Assembly: GCA_035544015.1 (NCBI GenBank)
Contig: DATKIP010000012.1
Span: forward strand, 29,049-93,048
Direction of reading: 5' to 3'
DNA: 64,000 nt
Origin: Candidatus Saccharimonadia bacterium
GTDB lineage: Bacteria > Patescibacteriota > Saccharimonadia > UBA4664
A program made the position numbers and the translations under genes. Each line of letters opens with the position of its first letter. Positions within the stretch are counted from its first letter, which is position 1. Below are positions 54,430 through 63,664 of this stretch, piece after piece. The notes beneath the pieces were generated by a model, which was not told the origin of the DNA, did no database searches, and saw only the letters and a list, made by a program, of their open reading frames with translations.

Positions 54430-56742
54430 CTAGCCGCGGCGCTGCGCACCCACCTTGTGGCGCAATCGAGCCAAGACAGCCTCCTCGAGCTGCGTCGCAT
54501 CAGACTCGGTCGGCGTGCGGTCGGGGAGTGCCAGCCTCACTCGAATCGTCATACCCTTATGACCCGGCGGCAACCCCTCGCCATAATAATCACCCACAAA
54601 CGTCAGCTCCCAACCCGCCGCCGCTTCCCGCACAGCCTGCCACGACACCTCGCGCGGCACCACGAGCGCAATATCGCGCGTCGTCGCCGGAAACACCCCC
54701 GGCGCTACATATGCTCGCGTGCCGCTGGCCGCCACCAGGGGACCGAGGTCAAGCTCCAAGTGCGCCACTTCGCCGTCCAGTTTGAGCGCGCGCAGGTGGC
54801 TCGGCAGCAATTGCCCAATACCCCCCACCACCTTGTCGCCCACCAGCACTTCACCAAACCGCCCATTCACATAGGCCGCATGCTGCGCCGGCCGCACCAC
54901 CACATCCACATTGAGCGCGTCGCCCAGCGCATCGAGCAACCCCTTAGCCACCGCGTAAGCCCGCTCCGGGTCCAACACGGTCACCGCCAAACGCTCCGGT
55001 TCGTCCGGCTGATCACCCGCGCTTCGCTTCAAAAACACCTTCGAAATCTCGTAAAATGTCACTGCCTTGGCATACATTCGGTTGCGCTCCAGCGTCGTCA
55101 AATGACTCGGCAACAAGCTGCTCCGCAAATACGCCTGCTCACTCGAGAGCGGATTCTTGAGCTTCAAATGCTCGCCAAGGTCCAGTCCCAGCCGTTCCAG
55201 CTGATGCGCCGACACAAACGAGTACGTCATTACCTCGAAGCCGCCGGCAGCCCACAGCGTATCGCGAATCCTTCGCCGCCACGTTCTCTGCCGATCAAAT
55301 TCAATCCGACGCGGCCGCCACGAGGGAATAGTGGACGGCACGCGCTCGTAACCCATCACGCGCACAATTTCCTCTACGAGATCAGCCGGCTCGCGCAAAT
55401 CCGGCCGCCACCATGGCACCTCAGCCACTTCGATCACCTCGCCCTTAACCTTCGCCTCAATTCCCAGCCGCGCCAGCGCCGCCACGGCCTCTTTGTGCGT
55501 AATTCCAAAACCCACCGTGCGCACCAATTTCGGTACCGCTAGTGCAATATTCCAAGTCGAAGGATGTGCATATGGTGCTTCGTAAGTATGCACTAACTGG
55601 CCCTCAGCCACCTCGCCCAGCAATTCCACCGCGCGGGCCAAGCCCAGAGGGGGGAGTACCACCGGCAGCGCTCGCTCAAACCGCGCGCTTGCCTCCGTAC
55701 GCAACCCATGGCGCTGAGCCATCTTGCGCACCGTAGCGCCGTCAAACACCGCCGCCTCCAGCAAAATCTCTTCGGTCTCACCCGACACCTCCGTCGACTG
55801 CCCGCCCATCAACCCAGCCAGCGCAATCGGCCCCGAACCGTCAGCAATCACCAAATCAGCCTCAGACAGCGTGCGCCGTACACCATCGAGCGTCACCAGC
55901 TCTTCGCCAGCCCGAGCCCGCCGCACGACGATAGGGAGCTTCACCTTGGCGGCGTCAAAAGCGTGCAGCGGTTGCCCAGTCTCCAGCAGCACATAATTCG
56001 TCACGTCCACCACCGGCCCAATCGACCGCACACCAGCCGCTCGCAACCGGGCCGCCACCGAGAGGGGAGAGCCAGCCGTCTGCCGCACGCGTACCTTTGC
56101 CACCATATACCGAGCCGCCTCAGGCTTCGCCGCCAAAACCCCGCTCGCATCCGCAAACTCCACCAGCGGGGGAGTCAAGGGCAGCAGCGTCGAATCAGTC
56201 ATTGCCGCCACTTCGCGCGCCAATCCGTACACGCTTTGAACGTCCCAGCGGTTGGCCGGGGTCTTAAGGTCAATGACCGACTCGGCAGGGTAGAGTGAGC
56301 TCACCGGCTCACCAAGCCCCGCAGTAGGGGGCAGCTCAAGCAGTCCGTCGTGATTCTGCCCGAGACCCAATTCCTGCTCGCTACACAACATTCCCTCGCT
56401 ATATTCACCTCGCAATTTCGCCTTCGCAATCCGCTCGCCATCTGGTAACACGGCACCCACTTGAGCAAATGCTACTCGCATGCCCTCGCGAACATTGGGG
56501 GCACCACATACTACGCCATATTTACCCTCATTCGTCTCTACCTCGACCAATTTAAGCCTATCGGCTCCCGGGTGCTGAACAACTTTTTTAACCAGAGCCG
56601 TCACTACCCTTTTGTCTATTTCGGTTGAAGTAATAAATTGTTCAATCTCCATGCCAGCCCGCTCCAGCGCCTCAACCACTTGACGGTCACTCAACATTGT
56701 GCGACGTAGGCATTCTTTGATCCAAGTTGATGTCACCTTCAT
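54430..56742 (-). CDS. pheT: Phenylalanine--tRNA ligase beta subunit (start at MKVTSTWIKE; ATGA overlap with pheS stop)
   Basis: MKVTSTWIKECL..., tRNA-binding N-terminal domain, B3/B4 and FDX-ACB regions. Located directly downstream of pheS. Confidence 0.9.
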   Translation of the reverse strand: MKVTSTWIKECLRRTMLSDRQVVEALERAGMEIEQFITSTEIDKRVVTALVKKVVQHPGADRLKLVEVETNEGKYGVVCGAPNVREGMRVAFAQVGAVLPDGERIAKAKLRGEYSEGMLCSEQELGLGQNHDGLLELPPTAGLGEPVSSLYPAESVIDLKTPANRWDVQSVYGLAREVAAMTDSTLLPLTPPLVEFADASGVLAAKPEAARYMVAKVRVRQTAGSPLSVAARLRAAGVRSIGPVVDVTNYVLLETGQPLHAFDAAKVKLPIVVRRARAGEELVTLDGVRRTLSEADLVIADGSGPIALAGLMGGQSTEVSGETEEILLEAAVFDGATVRKMAQRHGLRTEASARFERALPVVLPPLGLARAVELLGEVAEGQLVHTYEAPYAHPSTWNIALAVPKLVRTVGFGITHKEAVAALARLGIEAKVKGEVIEVAEVPWWRPDLREPADLVEEIVRVMGYERVPSTIPSWRPRRIEFDRQRTWRRRIRDTLWAAGGFEVMTYSFVSAHQLERLGLDLGEHLKLKNPLSSEQAYLRSSLLPSHLTTLERNRMYAKAVTFYEISKVFLKRSAGDQPDEPERLAVTVLDPERAYAVAKGLLDALGDALNVDVVVRPAQHAAYVNGRFGEVLVGDKVVGGIGQLLPSHLRALKLDGEVAHLELDLGPLVAASGTRAYVAPGVFPATTRDIALVVPREVSWQAVREAAAGWELTFVGDYYGEGLPPGHKGMTIRVRLALPDRTPTESDATQLEEAVLARLRHKVGAQRRG

Positions 56743-57770
56743 CGAAACTGCTCCAAAAACTTGAAGTTGGGTCGCCAAAACTCGCGCACGTCATCCACTC
56801 CATACTTTATAGCTGCCAACCTCTCCGGCCCAAAGCCAAAGGCAAAGCCGCTATACACCTCCGGGTCGATCCCCACATTGCGCAACACCTGCGGATGCAC
56901 CATGCCAGCACCCCCCAGCTCAAGCCAACCAGTGCCACTACACAAATGACACCCTTTGCCATCCCGCAAACCAGTGCCGCCACAAATCACACATGTTGCA
57001 TCCATCTCAACACTTGGCTCAGTATAAGGAAAATAATTCGACCGCAGTCGTACCTTCGTCTCGTCGCCCAGCACTCCACGCATCATTTGCTCAAGCGTAC
57101 CCTTGAGGTCACCCAAGCTAATGCCCTCATCCACCACCAATCCCTCAATCTGATAAAAGCTCCACGAATGCCGGGCATCCTCATCCTCATTGCGATAAAC
57201 CTTCCCCGGAGCAATGATCCGGATAGGGAAGTCGTCATGATGCTCAAGCATATAGCGAATCTGAATCCCCGAGGTATGCGTCCGCGGCAAATTCCCCTCT
57301 TCCAGATAGAATGTATCCTGCATGTCGCGCGCGGGGTGGTCCTTGCCCACTAAAAGCGCCTCAAAGTTATGCCACTCGGTCTCCACCTCCGGACCATCCG
57401 CCACCTGATACCCCATCTGCCAAAACAAGTCCACCAGCTCATCAAGCACCATGCTCACCGGATGGTGATGCCCCAACACCGGCCAAACTCCCGGCGCCGT
57501 CACATCCAGCGGCTCAGCCAACGCCATTGCCTCCACTGCGGCAGCCAGTTCCGTCTCGCGAGCCGCCATCGCCGCCTCCACCGCCTCCCGCAACGCGTTG
57601 GCCCGCTTGCCGGCCTCTGCCCTCTCCCCCGCCGGCAGCGCCCCCACCGCCTTGAGCTCATCGGTGAGGCCGCCCTTGCGCCCCAGATACGCCACACGCA
57701 CCAGCTCAAGCTCACTCAAGCTCGAAGCATCCGCAATTTTTTCCATGATTTCGGCTGCGTCTAGGGCCAC
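56739..57770 (-). CDS. pheS: Phenylalanine--tRNA ligase alpha subunit
   Basis: HHPVSMVLDELVDLFWQMGY, class II motifs (..FRNEDEDARHSWSFYQIEG.., GAGMVHPQVL..). Confidence 0.9.
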   Translation of the reverse strand: MALDAAEIMEKIADASSLSELELVRVAYLGRKGGLTDELKAVGALPAGERAEAGKRANALREAVEAAMAARETELAAAVEAMALAEPLDVTAPGVWPVLGHHHPVSMVLDELVDLFWQMGYQVADGPEVETEWHNFEALLVGKDHPARDMQDTFYLEEGNLPRTHTSGIQIRYMLEHHDDFPIRIIAPGKVYRNEDEDARHSWSFYQIEGLVVDEGISLGDLKGTLEQMMRGVLGDETKVRLRSNYFPYTEPSVEMDATCVICGGTGLRDGKGCHLCSGTGWLELGGAGMVHPQVLRNVGIDPEVYSGFAFGFGPERLAAIKYGVDDVREFWRPNFKFLEQFR

Positions 57771-58135
57771 CTAAGCCTCACGTAAACTTCCACGATCACA
57801 AGTAATATTCCCAGTAGTATAGCATCAAGCACGCCCAGCTGGTGCAACGAGCTCAAACTCAGCATCCCCACCAGCCAACCACTCACCAGCATCCCCTGCC
57901 GCCACGAATAACGCAGCCGCGCCGCAGCCGTCGCATGTAGCCTCAAATACGTCTTGGCCCCATACAGGCCCAGGGTCAACCCGCACGCCAGCACCAGCAG
58001 AAGCAGCACAAACCACACCGTCACCCCAAGCGGTCCCACCGCCTCCGGATTCGTCACAATCAAGCTCAGCACCAAACCGATCGCTCCCGCCAGCGACCCA
58101 ATAATCAAAACCGTTATCCACGCCAACACCGTCAC
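57761..58135 (-). CDS. Small membrane protein (about 124 aa, GTG start), first gene of the membrane-pheS-pheT transcription unit
   Basis: 4 TM helices. Overlaps the pheS start by about 10 nt. Confidence 0.45.
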   Translation of the reverse strand: MTVLAWITVLIIGSLAGAIGLVLSLIVTNPEAVGPLGVTVWFVLLLLVLACGLTLGLYGAKTYLRLHATAAARLRYSWRQGMLVSGWLVGMLSLSSLHQLGVLDAILLGILLVIVEVYVRLRWP

Positions 58136-58187
58136 CGCATATCACTCACGCTTACGTCTCCCCTATTATCTCACCCCGCCACCATCC

Positions 58188-58244
58188 ACCGCAAACCAAA
58201 AACCGCTCAGATGCGGGCGCCTCGCGGCGGCCGCATCTGAGCGG
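58188..58244 (-). terminator. Strong intrinsic terminator (14-bp stem plus U5)
   Basis: On the minus-strand RNA: CCGCUCAGAUGCGG-(14-nt GC loop)-CCGCAUCUGAGCGG followed by UUUUUGGUUUG. It ends about 55 nt upstream of the membrane-protein GTG. Confidence 0.55.
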
Positions 58245-58730
58245 TTCAGCAAAATAAGTGCAGAGTTACGGGGCGAAATCTGAAGCATCCATGTGTGTAA
58301 TTGACGCCAGTCGCCCCGCAACGATCTCTACCCGTGTGGAGCGCATAGCGTTTTTCCTTTATGAGGATTGATGAACAACGTGGTGCGTTTTTGTTTTGGA
58401 GTAAAGATTTTTGTGTGGTTGGATTAGTCGACCGCAAATTATTGTGGCTATTGCTTCGAGCTGAATCCATATTACTTCCCACCAACCCGTATGGGGTGGC
58501 CGGAAGCATTCGGCTACGACCATGGGTCATAACCGCGTGCTTCCGGCAACCCGATGACTCTGCGCGATACCTTGGTTTGGGCCCAAAGTAAGAGTCTTCT
58601 GGCCGTGACCATTCTGGTCGAGACAGTAGAGCAAACCCGGATTAGAAATAAGGGGGATACCTCTAACCGGGGTTCGCTCTACCGTCTGGGTGCGGAAGAA
58701 AGCAATGAGAACTAAACTATCAACGAACTG
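58245..58730 (-). ncRNA. Candidate structured non-coding RNA or long regulatory leader (about 490-540 nt) between trpS and the pheST operon. Identity unknown.
   Basis: AT-rich. Contains only short ORFs with Arg/His-rich junk composition. Several long hairpins whose G.U pairs are valid only on the minus strand (e.g. 58620-58688 with an 18-bp stem; 58497-58547 with a 14-bp stem). Bounded by a promoter-like element and a terminator. Confidence 0.3.
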
Positions 58731-58735
58731 AACAT

Positions 58736-58764
58736 AACTTAGCACAAGCAGTTTAGATTGTCAA
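58736..58764 (-). promoter_or_regulatory. Candidate promoter for the non-coding locus
   Basis: On the minus strand: TTGACA (58764-58759), a 17-nt spacer, then TAAGTT (58741-58736). Confidence 0.3.
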
Positions 58765-59019
58765 TATTCTTATGTTATTTAGCGCCCTGCTCCCATAAAT
58801 GACTTAGGATAGGGAAAATAACGCCATAAACCCCCTATTTTTGTTCCCCTGAAATCGGGTCTATGTAGAGATATTAACAACATTTATGCACAAAAGTTTA
58901 GGCCGTTCTCGATTGCAGAAAAAAGATTGTAAAATATTACCCTAATAAAGCAAATTATTCACGGGTACTCAAAAACCTTAGATCATGCGTCCACCCAGAA
59001 AATAGAGCACACGAGCGTA

Positions 59020-60024
59020 TTACAACAGGCCGAGAACTTCTTTCACCTGCGCCAGCTTAGCGTTCGCAAGCTCCGATGCCCGCCACCAACCGTGCTCCAG
59101 CGCCTTATCAATCTTCTCGTTGCCCTCATGGGTCAGCTGCCCATACAAGTGCTGCAGGGGGCGAAGCGTACGTACCACCTCTTCGGCCAAATCCCGCTTA
59201 AAGACGCCGTATCCCGAACCGGCGTACTTTTCTTCCAGTTCCGCCACCGACTTCTCGCTCAGCACGGACATAATCACGAGTAAATTGGTCAACGCCGGTT
59301 TATCGGCGCCGGCCGCCACCACGCTGCCCGAATCTGTCACCGCTCGCAAAATCTTTTTCTCAATGAGCCCCTCGTCATCTTTGAGCAAAATGTTGCCGGA
59401 ATCATCAAGATCACTCTTGCTCATTTTCTTGGTGGGGTCCTGAAGGTTCATAATCCGCGCCCCCTCGGTCTGTACCGTCGGCGCCGGCACCTTAAAGGTC
59501 TCACCGTGAACGTTGTTAAACCGCGTCGCAATATCGCGCGTCAGCTCAATGTGCTGCTTCTGGTCCTCGCCCACCGGCACCTCATCGGCGTCATACAGCA
59601 AAATATCCGCGGCCATCAGTACTGGGTAGTCGTACAAACCCACCAACTGCCCCTCTGCACCGCCGCTCTTGAGCGACCGGTCTTTAAACTGCGTCATCCG
59701 GTTGAGCTCACCGATAGTGGTGTAGTTGTTCAAAATCCACGTCAGCTCCGAGTGAGCCGGCACCTGCGACTGCATAAAGATGTACGAATGGTCATGATCA
59801 ACTCCGCACGCCAGCAGCCATGCCACCGCCGACCGGCTATCCCGCTGGAGCACCTCCGGCTCCGGCCGCGCCGTCAGCGCATGCAAATTGGGCACAAAAA
59901 AGAAATGCTCGCGGTTTGGGTCGGCGCTCATCTGTCCCCAGCGCCGCATCGCGCCTATGTAATTTCCAAGTGTCAATTCTCCGGTGGGCTTAATACCCGA
60001 AACAACTCGCTTCACTGTCATCAC
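59020..60024 (-). CDS. trpS: Tryptophan--tRNA ligase
   Basis: SGIKPTGELTLGNYIGA (HIGH-type), ...TKKMSKSD (KMSKS), 334 aa. Confidence 0.9.
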   Translation of the reverse strand: MMTVKRVVSGIKPTGELTLGNYIGAMRRWGQMSADPNREHFFFVPNLHALTARPEPEVLQRDSRSAVAWLLACGVDHDHSYIFMQSQVPAHSELTWILNNYTTIGELNRMTQFKDRSLKSGGAEGQLVGLYDYPVLMAADILLYDADEVPVGEDQKQHIELTRDIATRFNNVHGETFKVPAPTVQTEGARIMNLQDPTKKMSKSDLDDSGNILLKDDEGLIEKKILRAVTDSGSVVAAGADKPALTNLLVIMSVLSEKSVAELEEKYAGSGYGVFKRDLAEEVVRTLRPLQHLYGQLTHEGNEKIDKALEHGWWRASELANAKLAQVKEVLGLL

Positions 60025-60076
60025 CTTTCTTTGGGCTTAACTATACTGGGTTTGGCCTGGCGCGGCTACAATCCGC

Positions 60077-61357
60077 CTACTCTTCTGGTTCACCAACCGG
60101 CTGGACGAGCGCTTGGGGCGAAACCGAGACAGACTCAGGCAGATCCCCTACCTTATCGAGCCTCCGTTCAATCGTTCGAGACTTCGTCGCGGCCGTCTCG
60201 ATCGTATTACTAGCCTCCTGGAGCTTCTTGTGTGTCTTTTCCAGCATGTCGCCAAACTTTCCAAACTCACTCTTAACGCTACCAAGTATCTGCCACACCT
60301 CGCTCGAACGCTTTTCGATCGTGAGGGTGCGAAAGCCCATCTGCAAACTATTGAGCAGCGCCGCAATCGTGTTGGGGCCCGCCACCATCACGCGATAATC
60401 GCGCTGCAGCAGCTCCTGCAACCCCGGCCGCTGCGTAATCTCGGCGTACAGACCCTCGGTCGGCAAATACAAAATTCCAAAATCGGTCGTTTCCGGCGGG
60501 GCGATGTATTTATCGCGAATATCCTTCGCCTCGCCCTTGATCCGCACCACCAAATCTTTGCTAATCGATTCCATGAGCACTGGGTCCGCCATCTCACGCG
60601 CTGCGATCAGTCGCTGATAATCCTCAACCGGAAACTTCGCGTCAATCGGCAGCCACAGCGGCGTATGTTCATCCGGCCCATTCGGCAGCTTGATCGCGTA
60701 CTCCACTCGCTCCGCGCTGCGCTTCTTCACCGCCACGTTCTTCTCGTATTGCGACGGCGTCATGATCTGCTCAAGCAGATTCCCCAGCTGCACCTCCCCC
60801 CATGTGCCCCGCGTCTTCACATTCGTCAGCACCTTCTTGAGGTCCCCCACCCCCGCGGCCAGCGTCTGCATCTCACCCAGCCCCTTATGTACCGACTCCA
60901 ACCGCTCCGACACCATTTTAAACGACTCGCCCAAACGTCGCTCCAGCGTGGCATGGAGTTTCTCATCGACGGTTGCGCGCATCACCTCGAGCTTCTCGTT
61001 ATTATCTTTTTGCATCAGCTGCAATCGATTCTCCACCACGCTGCGCACTCGTTCAAGCTTGGCCTCGTTACTTTGCGTCATCTGCTCCAAACTCACCCGC
61101 TGCGTAGTCGCCAGGCTCGCCAGCCGCCGGTCCAGCGAATCCCCCACCCGCTTGAGCTCCTCGGCCTGCTCGCGCCGATTCATGCCCAGATCATTTTTGA
61201 GCCGCTGCTCCACTCCCCCCAAGGCCTCCACCAAATCTTTGCGCACCTCAGGAGCATCGCTTAGCCCCCGCCGCAGCTCACCAAGGCGCCACAGCACCAG
61301 TCCAAAGCCGGCCGCGACCACCACCAATACGATTCCCAGAAGTATCGAAATAACCAT
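60077..61357 (-). CDS. rmuC: DNA recombination protein RmuC (start set at internal Met after the MarR stop; the ORF track extends to 61459)
   Basis: N-terminal TM and coiled coil. C-terminal RmuC core ...YLPTEGLYAEI..RDYRVMVAGPNTIAALLNSLQMGFRTLTIEKRSSEVW. Confidence 0.75.
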   Translation of the reverse strand: MVISILLGIVLVVVAAGFGLVLWRLGELRRGLSDAPEVRKDLVEALGGVEQRLKNDLGMNRREQAEELKRVGDSLDRRLASLATTQRVSLEQMTQSNEAKLERVRSVVENRLQLMQKDNNEKLEVMRATVDEKLHATLERRLGESFKMVSERLESVHKGLGEMQTLAAGVGDLKKVLTNVKTRGTWGEVQLGNLLEQIMTPSQYEKNVAVKKRSAERVEYAIKLPNGPDEHTPLWLPIDAKFPVEDYQRLIAAREMADPVLMESISKDLVVRIKGEAKDIRDKYIAPPETTDFGILYLPTEGLYAEITQRPGLQELLQRDYRVMVAGPNTIAALLNSLQMGFRTLTIEKRSSEVWQILGSVKSEFGKFGDMLEKTHKKLQEASNTIETAATKSRTIERRLDKVGDLPESVSVSPQALVQPVGEPEE

Positions 61358-61406
61358 AAAATAAACTATACCAGCTCCCCCAATTCCGAACAAGTACCGA
61401 ACGAGA

Positions 61407-61844
61407 TTATTCGAGCGCCTTACCGAGCGCCTCAATCGCACGCTCAAACGCCGTCTCATCTTTCAAACTCAAATTCGCAAAAATCGCTTTCTGCCGGTCC
61501 GCAATCACCACCGCCGCATCTACCACCGCCTGCTCCCCTTTCGGGGTCAGCGCCAGCACTTTTTCGCGCTTACTACGCGGGTTTTGCTTCGTTGTCACCA
61601 GGCCGCGCGAACCCAACGCCTCTGCTTGGCGCGTTACGACCGCGGGTGTCACCTCCAGGCTGCCTGCCAACTCGCGCCCGCTCGCCTCGCCGAGCGCCAG
61701 TAGGCCATTCAGGACCCGGAACTGAGAAAAGGTCAGTTTAAAACTGACCTTTAGCTCATTTTCCACCTCTCGCTCGAGACTGCTTGAGACTCGGGCGATT
61801 TGATTGAGAAGAGATTTCTCGAACTGAGAATTCCTTACCTGCAC
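61407..61844 (-). CDS. MarR-family transcriptional regulator
   Basis: wHTH core LTFSQFRVLNGLLALGEASGRELAGSLEVTPAVVTRQAEALGSRGLVTTKQNPRSKREKVLALTPKGE. Confidence 0.7.
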   Translation of the reverse strand: MQVRNSQFEKSLLNQIARVSSSLEREVENELKVSFKLTFSQFRVLNGLLALGEASGRELAGSLEVTPAVVTRQAEALGSRGLVTTKQNPRSKREKVLALTPKGEQAVVDAAVVIADRQKAIFANLSLKDETAFERAIEALGKALE

Positions 61845-62076
61845 TTTTGAACTCCATAACCAATATACCCCTAAACGATTTAGGGGTCAACAGTTTTTAT
61901 ACGTCGAGGCCAAAAGTCCCGCTCCCCTATCTGTTGCGAGCGTATTAAATTACCACCGTCGCTCCCAGGTGAAACCGTTGAGCCCTAATTTATCCCCATC
62001 TTTTCCACAGGCACCCACCAAAAAACCGAACATCCTCATGTTCGGTCCGTTCGCTTTTACGCCAAAACCTCCCCGT

Positions 62077-62649
62077 TTACGCCAGGAACTTCTCCGGCAA
62101 CTCCCCAGCCTGCTCCAAAACCACGCGCCGGCGCCCCGCAAACGCCCGACGCACCTCCGGCAAGACCATCTTCCGGTCCCAATCCTTAGCCACCTTCCGC
62201 CGCTGCTTGGCCATGAGCTCTTCCACACTCAAATCCGGGTTTTCCTTCCAGTGCACCGCCATGAACGGCCCCACAAAGTGCGATGCCGCATCCGCCGAGC
62301 TCACTATCTGCACCTCTAAAGGCGCCTCATGCAGATCAAGCTCCAATTTCCGATCAAGGATCCCAATGTAATCCACCGCTCGCCTCGCAAAATCAGGCGC
62401 AAACCCCAGCCGCGCCAAGGTCTTAGACCCCTCCGTCAGCGTCTTCTCATACTGATGCTCAAAATCCAGTAGCTTGCCGTAGTCATGGAGCCACACCATC
62501 ACTACTACCAAATCTCGGTCCGCCTTCGGATAGATATCGAGCAGCTCAACCGCAATGCGTCCACCAACTCCAGGTGATATTGCGCAAACCAGGCGTGGTG
62601 CACAAATCCCGGCTCGGCCGCCGCCCGGCGCACTTCATTCTTAAAAGCT
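62077..62649 (-). pseudogene. HD-domain phosphohydrolase with an apparent +/-1 frameshift near 62545-62560
   Basis: An upstream frame encodes MQGQIEAFKNEVRRAAAEPGFVHHAWFAQYHLELVDAL. The downstream frame continues VELLDIYPKADRDLVVVMVWLHDYGK... (HD motif). The two frames are offset by one nucleotide. Confidence 0.4.
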
Positions 62650-62721
62650 TCGATTTGCCCCTGCATACAATAATCTTACCATCCAACACCATATACCTTC
62701 GACTCGCCACCCATCTGCAAC

Positions 62722-62829
62722 GGTACTATTCCACTTTTTGGAATAGTTAGAAAATCACCTGTAAGTTTACCTTGGCAGAGCTATAATTTTTCACCATTGG
62801 GCAACCATTCCAAAAAATGGAATAGTACC
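62722..62829. repeat. Two copies of a 26-bp palindromic element (GGTACTATTCCA-N5/6-TGGAATAGT) in inverted orientation flanking a TATAAT box
   Basis: 62722-62747 is ggtactattccactttttggaatagt. 62804-62829 is its near-identical reverse complement accattccaaaaaatggaatagtacc. A tataat hexamer lies at 62782-62787 between them. Confidence 0.55.
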
Positions 62830-63024
62830 AGGATGCGTACGCCGAGAAAAAGCCCCAGAATGGCAGGGTCAAGAACACACCGGCATCTACGCCGGATTAA
62901 TTACGCAAATGTAATATTTATAGCAAAAATCAAGTTCAATATCGGAATAAAATTATCATTTATCTAGCACAATTCAATCCCATGAAACATCAAAAAAGCC
63001 CACAAACCCGTGAGCTTCCTTGAA

Positions 63025-63100
63025 TGGTCGGGGTGAGAGGACTCGAACCTCCGGCCTCAGCGTCCCGAACGCTGCGCGCTACCAGCTGCGCCACACCCCG
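63025..63100 (-). tRNA. tRNA-Pro (anticodon CGG)
   Basis: The reverse complement is cggggtgtggcgcagctggtagcgcgcagcgttCGGgacgctgaggccggaggttcgagtcctctcaccccgaCCA. Confidence 0.9.
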
Positions 63101-63166
63101 ATGGCTCCGCATTTGATTGAACCACGTTATCTTAGCTCAAACCTGGCAAATTTGCCAGTACCTACG

Positions 63167-63664
63167 CTATTCACCGATAAACCAAAACGGTTTCGGCGCC
63201 ACTACCCGCCGCACCCGCCCACCACTGCGGGGTCGCACCGCCGGCACCCCAAACTCCGCCGTCAACACCGCTAGCCAGTGTTCTTTGAGCCAGCGCTTTT
63301 GCTGCAAATACAGCTCCAGCAGACCGCGCTCCGCAAACTCCCGCCGCATTACGCCCCCGGCATGCGGATGGCGCTGAGCCCGATCGAGCGGCGAGTTAAA
63401 CCCATGAGCATAGTGCGTGAGCTCGTGAAACAAGGTGGCCTCCACCACAAATTCCGGAATATCCTCCCGCCGAAACAAACCGTTCATAGTGATAATACTC
63501 GTCTTCCGGTCGTGCGGATCAAGGCTGATCGAACCCAGCCGGCGCTTGGTGCGGCGCCCAAACCCAATCCGCACATCATTTACCTGCGGCACTTCCGGAA
63601 AATAATTATCCCAGATCTTGTCCAGCATAGCCTGCAACCAAGCCTCATCACGCTTAGGCATCAC
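63167..63664 (-). CDS. Putative zinc metalloprotease with HExxH motif (SprT/DUF45-like)
   Basis: TLFHELTHYAHG...H...H. 165 aa. Confidence 0.45.
   Translation of the reverse strand: MMPKRDEAWLQAMLDKIWDNYFPEVPQVNDVRIGFGRRTKRRLGSISLDPHDRKTSIITMNGLFRREDIPEFVVEATLFHELTHYAHGFNSPLDRAQRHPHAGGVMRREFAERGLLELYLQQKRWLKEHWLAVLTAEFGVPAVRPRSGGRVRRVVAPKPFWFIGE

Noticed and set aside
58684-58712. SRP-RNA-like domain IV motif on the plus strand (GUCUGGGUGC-GGAA-GAAAGCA versus the 4.5S GGUCAGGUCC-GGAA-GGAAGCA)
   Set aside because: The flanking sequence does not fold into the required hairpin (no complementary 3-prime arm). The long stems in this region pair better on the minus strand. I therefore treat it as a chance resemblance inside the unknown ncRNA locus.
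58136-58760. T-box riboswitch upstream of pheS-pheT
   Set aside because: This is the expected regulator in Gram-positives, and the terminator is in the right place. However, no T-box consensus (AATTAGGGTGGNACCGCG) or UUC specifier-loop context is visible on the minus strand.
60077-61459. rmuC start at 61459 overlapping MarR
   Set aside because: The first about 35 codons (MRRRLSVRLRRSVRR...) are Arg-rich and overlap the MarR gene 3-prime end. An internal Met just before the TM helix, near 61357, is the more plausible start.
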